DNA of 42,833 nt from Patescibacteria group bacterium. GTDB lineage: Bacteria; Patescibacteriota; Minisyncoccia; UBA6257; 2-01-FULL-56-20. Each line of letters opens with the position of its first letter. Position 1 is the first letter of the stretch. A program made the position numbers and the translations under genes. A model generated the notes under the pieces. That model did not search any database. It was not told where the DNA came from and was given only the letters and a program-made list of their open reading frames with translations. Positions 37,761 through 42,833 of this stretch are shown in pieces. The stretch spans positions 1 through 42,833 of the forward strand of contig JBBUGM010000013.1 in the NCBI GenBank assembly GCA_038077975.1, given 5' to 3'.

Positions 37761-37891
37761 GCGACAGTTTTGAATCCCACACATAAGACATTACCCCGCT
37801 CCGCCAGGGCGGGGCTCCCGCCTGCGCCAGCGCTTCGGCGGGCAGGTGAAATGACGATTTTGGCGCCAAGTTGGGTCGAGAGTTGTCAGCT

Positions 37892-37935
37892 TGTTGACAA
37901 CTTTAGTTTTTATTTATAAGCTAAAGTTGTCAACA
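37892..37935. promoter_or_regulatory. Perfect 15-bp inverted repeat operator spanning the promoter
   Basis: TGTTGACAACTTTAG-14 nt-CTAAAGTTGTCAACA; the left arm contains TTGACA and the right arm ends at the ATG. Confidence 0.75.
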
Positions 37936-38969
37936 TGGATATTGAGCGACTTATTATTTCGCGTCTTTCGAAGAAAAAAGAGCTTCGAATCGCGGATCTT
38001 ATCGGCGAAACTGGTTTTTCCCGCGCCTATCTTAACCGTTTTTTAAAGAAACTTAGAGAAGAAGGGAAAATCGTTCTTATGGGCAGGGCGAATCAGACCC
38101 GTTACGTTTCTGCGTCGCGTCTGCCCGCGGCGAGGCGCGCTATTCTTGCAACCCATAAGATCTTAGATAACAGTGGGTTGTCCGAAGATATCGTACTGGA
38201 TAACGTTAAAAAAGAAACCGGAATTTTTCTTGGCTTGCCGGAACGCATTGCGCGCATGGTTGATTACGCCTTCACCGAAATGTTGAACAACGCCATAGAG
38301 CATTCGAAGTCGAAAAAAATTGAGATTGTCGCAGATCGAAACCGGGAATTCGTGAGCTTCACCGTGCTGGACCGCGGCGTTGGCATTTTCAGGAATATTA
38401 TGAAAAAGCGCAAGCTAAAGAACGAGCTGGAGGCGGTGCAAGATCTTTTGAAGGGAAAACAAACGACTGCTCCGCGGAAACACAGCGGTGAGGGCATTTT
38501 CTTCACCTCAAAGGTTGCCGACGTGCTTACTATTTATAGCGGCCGCAAGGTTTTAAGTTTTAATAATATGGTGGACGATGTATTCGTCAGTGACCGGAAA
38601 AACCCAGTTCCGGGGACGAAAGTATACTTCCTTCTCAATCTTCATTCGAAAAAAACGCTCGAGGCCGTGTTCGGGAAATACACCGATAATGCGTTCGAGT
38701 TCGACCGTACGGAAGCGAAGATCAAATTGTATAAATTGGATTCGGATTTTATTTCTCGTTCCCAGGCAAGACGGGTCTTGAGCGGGCTGGAGAAGTTCGG
38801 GGTCGTAACACTTGATTTTTCCGATGTTGAAACGGTGGGGCAGGGTTTCGCCGACGAGGTGTTCCGGGTTTGGGGCGCCCGTTACCCGAAAGTAAAGATC
38901 ATTCCAAAGAACTACAATGAAAATATCGCTTTTATGATCCACAGAGCGGGAAGCACAAACTTTAAATAA
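37935..38969 (+). CDS. wHTH + HATPase_c + STAS-like (DUF4325) protein
   Basis: N-terminal HTH; TEMLNNAIEHS, DRGVGI, HSGEGIFF; SRSQARR...LDFSDVETVGQGFADEVF. Confidence 0.85.
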   Translation: MDIERLIISRLSKKKELRIADLIGETGFSRAYLNRFLKKLREEGKIVLMGRANQTRYVSASRLPAARRAILATHKILDNSGLSEDIVLDNVKKETGIFLGLPERIARMVDYAFTEMLNNAIEHSKSKKIEIVADRNREFVSFTVLDRGVGIFRNIMKKRKLKNELEAVQDLLKGKQTTAPRKHSGEGIFFTSKVADVLTIYSGRKVLSFNNMVDDVFVSDRKNPVPGTKVYFLLNLHSKKTLEAVFGKYTDNAFEFDRTEAKIKLYKLDSDFISRSQARRVLSGLEKFGVVTLDFSDVETVGQGFADEVFRVWGARYPKVKIIPKNYNENIAFMIHRAGSTNFK

Positions 38970-39125
38970 TAATTATTTGTACGGTGAAAATTACGACCCG
39001 AAGCGACATAGACATTGATATCATTGCGTAGATTTGGCCGCGACCGATCAACCGCCGTTTTGCGTCTTTAGTTTGTTTCTAATATAGTAGAAATGAGGCA
39101 ATAAATTATATCCCAAAATCGAAAC

Positions 39126-39713
39126 ATGACCAAAAAAGAGCTTGTTTGGCGCGAAATCTTGCGCCAGACCATAGAAAACAAGAAACTGGAGTTCACCCAG
39201 AAGCAATTAGCCGAGCGCTTCGGCCTTTCTTTGAGCACCGTCTTTAACGCCCTCAAGATTCCCCGCGAGACGGGAGCCGTTGAGGTGAGCGGAAGAAATT
39301 TTATCGTACGCGATTCGGAAAAGTTTCTTTATATTTGGGCGACGCACAGGAATCTCAAAAAAGAAATAATTTACAAGACGCGCGCCGCTCTTTCGCCGCA
39401 GGAAGCGGAAGGCGTTATGCCGCCCGCAGCCATTTTTGCCTGTTACAGCGCGTATCGTAAAAAATACCGCGAGGCCCCCGCTGATTACGACACGGTTTAC
39501 GTTTACGCCGACGAAGCTACGCTCGCGGAAATTAAAAAAAGATTTCCATTCGAGAATGGCCGGCCAAACATCTTCGTTTTGCGAGCAGATTCGTTTCTCC
39601 GCGAATTCGGCGCGATAACGCCGGACGCGCAAACCTTCGCCGATCTGTGGAATTTGCCGGAATGGTACGCCAGGGATTTTATTGCCGCGCTTAAGCGCAA
39701 AATGTTCGAGTAA
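39126..39713 (+). CDS. wHTH protein, AbiEi-like antitoxin
   Basis: FTQKQLAERFGLSLSTVFNAL HTH and a C-terminal TPDAQTFADLW; paired with a nucleotidyltransferase. Confidence 0.62.
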   Translation: MTKKELVWREILRQTIENKKLEFTQKQLAERFGLSLSTVFNALKIPRETGAVEVSGRNFIVRDSEKFLYIWATHRNLKKEIIYKTRAALSPQEAEGVMPPAAIFACYSAYRKKYREAPADYDTVYVYADEATLAEIKKRFPFENGRPNIFVLRADSFLREFGAITPDAQTFADLWNLPEWYARDFIAALKRKMFE

Positions 39714-39736
39714 TCGCCAATATACGAATATAATCC

Positions 39737-40354
39737 ATGCAGTTTTATCACGACAGCACAACCGATAAAAGCTTCAGGTTTTTATCGGAACTCAAAAAGC
39801 GGTACCGTTTCGTTCTCATCGGCGGTTGGGCAGTTTTCTTGTACACCCACTCTCTAAAGTCAAAAGACATTGATATCGTTTTGGATTATGATGAGCTTGG
39901 CCGCCTGCGCGAAGAATTTATCGCGAATAAAAATGACCGCCTGAAAAAATATGAGATCAAAACCGGAGAATTTGACGTCGATATCTATGTGGCCCATTAT
40001 TCCGACCTCGGATTGCCAGCGGAAAAGATACGAGAAGCGGCTGTCGCGCGGGACGGATTTTTGGCGCCGCCGCTCGAGATGCTTTTATTGCTCAAACTTT
40101 ACGCCTGGCGGGACCGGCGCGGCACCGTGAAAGGCCGCAAAGACGAATTGGATATATTAAGCCTGGCTTTTTTGCCGGAATTTGACTGGCGACGCTACAA
40201 AGCGATGGTTAAAGAATTTACTTTCGTGGCTTACGGCGAAAACCTGACGACGCTTCTCACGGCCGTGAAAAGCGTGCCCGAGCTGAAGCTGAACGATATG
40301 CGAACATCGCGTCTGAAAAAAAGAATTATCGCGGAATTAAGCAGGGAGAATTAA
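39737..40354 (+). CDS. Pol-beta-superfamily nucleotidyltransferase, AbiEii-like toxin
   Basis: VLIGGWAVFLY...SKDIDI, DVDIY, LLKLYAW...RKDELDI. Confidence 0.68.
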   Translation: MQFYHDSTTDKSFRFLSELKKRYRFVLIGGWAVFLYTHSLKSKDIDIVLDYDELGRLREEFIANKNDRLKKYEIKTGEFDVDIYVAHYSDLGLPAEKIREAAVARDGFLAPPLEMLLLLKLYAWRDRRGTVKGRKDELDILSLAFLPEFDWRRYKAMVKEFTFVAYGENLTTLLTAVKSVPELKLNDMRTSRLKKRIIAELSREN

Positions 40355-40367
40355 AATTATGCGCGGG

Positions 40368-41480
40368 ATGAAAATTCTTTATGCCGGCATACGGCGGGAA
40401 AATTATGACCCTCGGCGGAGGGATAGCTTTGAATACATTAATTTTTTCCTCACGCTCAAGGCAATGGCGGGCGTAGAGGTTGTAGAATATCCATTCGACA
40501 GAATTCTTGAAGTCGGGAAAAAGAAGTGGAACGAGGAGCTCTATGAGATCGCGCGGCGCGAGAAACCGGATTTGCTTTTTGCATTCATGTATACGGATGA
40601 ATTAGACATTCGAACACTCCAGCAAATAAAGCAGCTTACAACGTCGGTAGCCTGGTTCGCGGATGATTATTGGCGTTTTTGGAATTATTCGAGGCGTTGG
40701 CCACCATATTTTTCTTACGTTATTACAACTTATTCGCGCGCGGTCGATTGGTATAAAAAGTCAGGATTCGATAACGCGATTCTTTCGCAGTGGGCGTGCA
40801 ATACGAATTTGTACAAGCCGATTGTATTATCCCCCGAGCTTGTCGAGGGGCCATATAAAAAACGTTATCCTTCGACGAGCTCAGGAAATAACGTTTTTGA
40901 AGGTTCCGTCAAAGACATTGACGTCAGCTTTGTCGGCCAAAAGAAATCCGGCCGCGTGAAGATGATAAATTTTCTTAGGCGCGCGGGAATCAACATTCAA
41001 TGTTTTGGCTATGGCTGGCCGAATGGAAAAATTTCTCATGATGACATGCTCAAGATTTTCAGCCGCAGCAAGATATGCCTCAACCTTACCGACAGGAAGT
41101 CGATTTTCGATCCGTCCGTTATCGCGCGTCTTTTTTTGAAAAAGTCCGTGAACCGCATTGTTCCCGACTTTCACTTTCTCGATAATCTCAAAGCTGTGCT
41201 CCATTTCCCGATATTGCACACGCATGCGAGGCCCTTTGAACTCGCCGGTTGCGGCGCGTTTACCATCTCCGGGCGCTCCGAGGATATCGGCAAGTATTAC
41301 GAAGAAGGGAAAGAGATGGTTTTTTACGACTCGCCAAATGATTTGGTAAATAAGATAAAATATTACTTAGCACACGATGCCGAGCGTGTTGCTATCGCCC
41401 GCGCCGGATACGAGCGTACGATAAAAGAACACACTTACGAGCAGAGATTTCGGGAAATATTTCGGCACATTGGTTTTTAG
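40368..41480 (+). CDS. CgeB-like (GT-B) glycosyltransferase
   Basis: AWFADD, DIDVSFVG, SKICLN, RPFELAGCG, GYERTIKEHTYEQR. Alternative start at 40359. Confidence 0.85.
   Translation: MKILYAGIRRENYDPRRRDSFEYINFFLTLKAMAGVEVVEYPFDRILEVGKKKWNEELYEIARREKPDLLFAFMYTDELDIRTLQQIKQLTTSVAWFADDYWRFWNYSRRWPPYFSYVITTYSRAVDWYKKSGFDNAILSQWACNTNLYKPIVLSPELVEGPYKKRYPSTSSGNNVFEGSVKDIDVSFVGQKKSGRVKMINFLRRAGINIQCFGYGWPNGKISHDDMLKIFSRSKICLNLTDRKSIFDPSVIARLFLKKSVNRIVPDFHFLDNLKAVLHFPILHTHARPFELAGCGAFTISGRSEDIGKYYEEGKEMVFYDSPNDLVNKIKYYLAHDAERVAIARAGYERTIKEHTYEQRFREIFRHIGF
40827..40898. repeat. In-frame palindromic (REP-like) insert within the glycosyltransferase
   Basis: CCCGAGCTTGTCGAGGG...CCTTCGACGAGCTCAGG arms (18/24), translated as LSPELVEG...PSTSSG. 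Confidence 0.72.
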
Positions 41481-41551
41481 TTTTTTGTTGTAGTAGCCGT
41501 AAGACGAAAGACGAATAGCGATACGGGCTTCGCAAACGTACAACGATCCAC

Positions 41552-42277
41552 ATGATCGATCCAATTTCAAAAAAACACATAGGGCCGGTTAAGCTCCATT
41601 TGGGCTGTCAGGAAAAATATCTTGAAGGGTACATCAACATTGATCTGCCACCCGAGGCGCATACCGTGCGGGAAGCGAGAGTGGATGTCGAAGCCGATGT
41701 TCGCGAACTCGATTGCCCCGCGGGAAGCGTGGACGAGATCCGCTCGCACCATCTCTTAGAGCATTTTTCCCGGCAGGAAGCACTGCTCTTACTTGCGCGT
41801 TGGCACAAGTGGCTCAAGATCGGCGGACTTTTACACGTGGAAACGCCGGATTTCGAAGAGTCGGCGAAAAAATTCATTGCAGGGAACATCGACGACCAGT
41901 TCCAGCTTGCGCGCCACATATTCGGCTCACACGAGGCCAGTTGGGCATACCACAAGGATTTCTGGTCGGAGAATAAATTTCGCTACGTTTTGAGCGAGCT
42001 TGGATACGGCGATTTCCGTTTTGAGAAAATCTCGAACAATCTTGAAGCGAAAGCGCCGTTCTTGCGCGGCAAGGTTCCTGCCGTGGGCGAAAAGCTTTTA
42101 AAAAATCTTGGACCACTGGGCTTTAACGCTTTGCCGAACATCGTTTGTTACGCGAAGAAGATTAAGAAAGGTTTGGATTATCGCGCCCAGATCCGCCGCA
42201 TACTCGAAAAATCTCTTGTCGGCCGCGAAACAAAAATGCTGGATGTTTGGATGGAGGAAGTTGAGGGGAAAGTTTAA
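41552..42277 (+). CDS. SAM-dependent methyltransferase (type 11-like)
   Basis: KLHLGC, YINID, SVDEIRSHHLLEHF, WLKIGGLLHVETPD. Confidence 0.85.
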   Translation: MIDPISKKHIGPVKLHLGCQEKYLEGYINIDLPPEAHTVREARVDVEADVRELDCPAGSVDEIRSHHLLEHFSRQEALLLLARWHKWLKIGGLLHVETPDFEESAKKFIAGNIDDQFQLARHIFGSHEASWAYHKDFWSENKFRYVLSELGYGDFRFEKISNNLEAKAPFLRGKVPAVGEKLLKNLGPLGFNALPNIVCYAKKIKKGLDYRAQIRRILEKSLVGRETKMLDVWMEEVEGKV

Positions 42278-42324
42278 AGCATTTCGACTTGACGACGGAG
42301 CCGTTGAGTCGTAGGATGACAGGC

Positions 42325-42833
42325 ATGGCGCTAAAACAAAAAACAGTCCTTATTACCGGAGCCGCCGGATTTGTGGGCAGCCGGGTGCTTGAGTGTTTTT
42401 TCAATAAATATCCGGAATATCGGTACGTTGTGCTTGATGCCATGACCTACGCCGGAGACCTACGGAGCATTCCGGACTACATTCAAAAATCTCCGAATTT
42501 TAGGTTTGTGAAGGGAGACGTGCGCGATAAAAAGTTGGTGGATGAACTTGTCGCGCAGGCGAATTATGTTATTCATCTTGCCGCAGAAACGCACGTCACC
42601 CGCTCGATCGTCGATGGTAAGGTTTTTTTTGATACGAATGTGCTTGGTACGGAAAACGTCGCCTCAGCCGTCCGCCGAAGTCCCAACGTAGAACGATTCA
42701 TCTACATTTCAACGAGCGAAGTTTATGGCACTGCCGAAAGCGAGTTTATGGATGAGCGCCATCCTCTGAATCCCCAAAGCCCTTACGCTGCTTCGAAAGC
42801 CGGTGCGGACCGTCTCATTTGTGCTTACCACGC
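42325..42833 (+). CDS. rfbB: dTDP-glucose 4,6-dehydratase, 3'-truncated by the window edge
   Basis: TGAAGFVGS, LDAMTYAGD, HLAAETHV, ISTSEVYG, SPYAASKAG. TTGACG-17-TAGGAT-7-ATG upstream. Confidence 0.9.
   Translation, partial: MALKQKTVLITGAAGFVGSRVLECFFNKYPEYRYVVLDAMTYAGDLRSIPDYIQKSPNFRFVKGDVRDKKLVDELVAQANYVIHLAAETHVTRSIVDGKVFFDTNVLGTENVASAVRRSPNVERFIYISTSEVYGTAESEFMDERHPLNPQSPYAASKAGADRLICAYH

Noticed and set aside
37716-37919. 67-aa ORF as a functional small protein
   Set aside because: Only the first 14 codons are hddA-like; the rest reads through hairpins and the next gene's operator.
41487-41545. Possible structured ncRNA (GTTGTA...TACAAC, CCGTA...TACGG)
   Set aside because: Stems are short and match no family I recognise; noted only as a degenerate heptamer tract.

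Overview
A ~43 kb bacterial surface-glycan (nucleotide-sugar) biosynthesis locus in genetic code 11, almost entirely on the + strand. It is probably from a Patescibacteria/CPR (Parcubacteria-like) genome; this is an inference from gene content, leaderless promoters and small palindromic elements. It encodes an O-antigen-ligase-like protein, GDP-fucose enzymes (gmd, fcl) and a Campylobacter-capsule-like GDP-heptose modification set (GmhA, HddA, a Cj1427-like C4 oxidase, two Cj1430-like epimerases and a DmhA-like dehydratase, with hddC decayed). It also carries a split ADP-heptose set (HldA, HldC) with a GT9, CDP-sugar enzymes (rfbF, frameshifted rfbG, an Fe-S-less 3-dehydratase), two TPP E1 alpha/beta pairs without E2/E3, a malic enzyme, several glycosyl- and methyltransferases, and rfbB at the right edge. 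An accessory patch (34.7-40.4 kb) holds Kelch and LamG surface proteins, an HTH-ATPase-STAS protein and an AbiE-like pair, interleaved with short relics of glycan genes. The most unusual non-coding structure is: two ~115-bp hairpin elements inserted exactly at start codons with ATG duplication; a GxxExxY nuclease gene inside 51-bp periodic inverted repeats; heptamer repeats carrying stops in all frames (one appears to split a ligase-TPR fusion); an in-frame palindrome inside a glycosyltransferase; and sigma70 promoters 6-8 nt before at least 14 start codons. No rRNA, tRNA or CRISPR array was seen. Family assignments come from motif recognition, not database searches.
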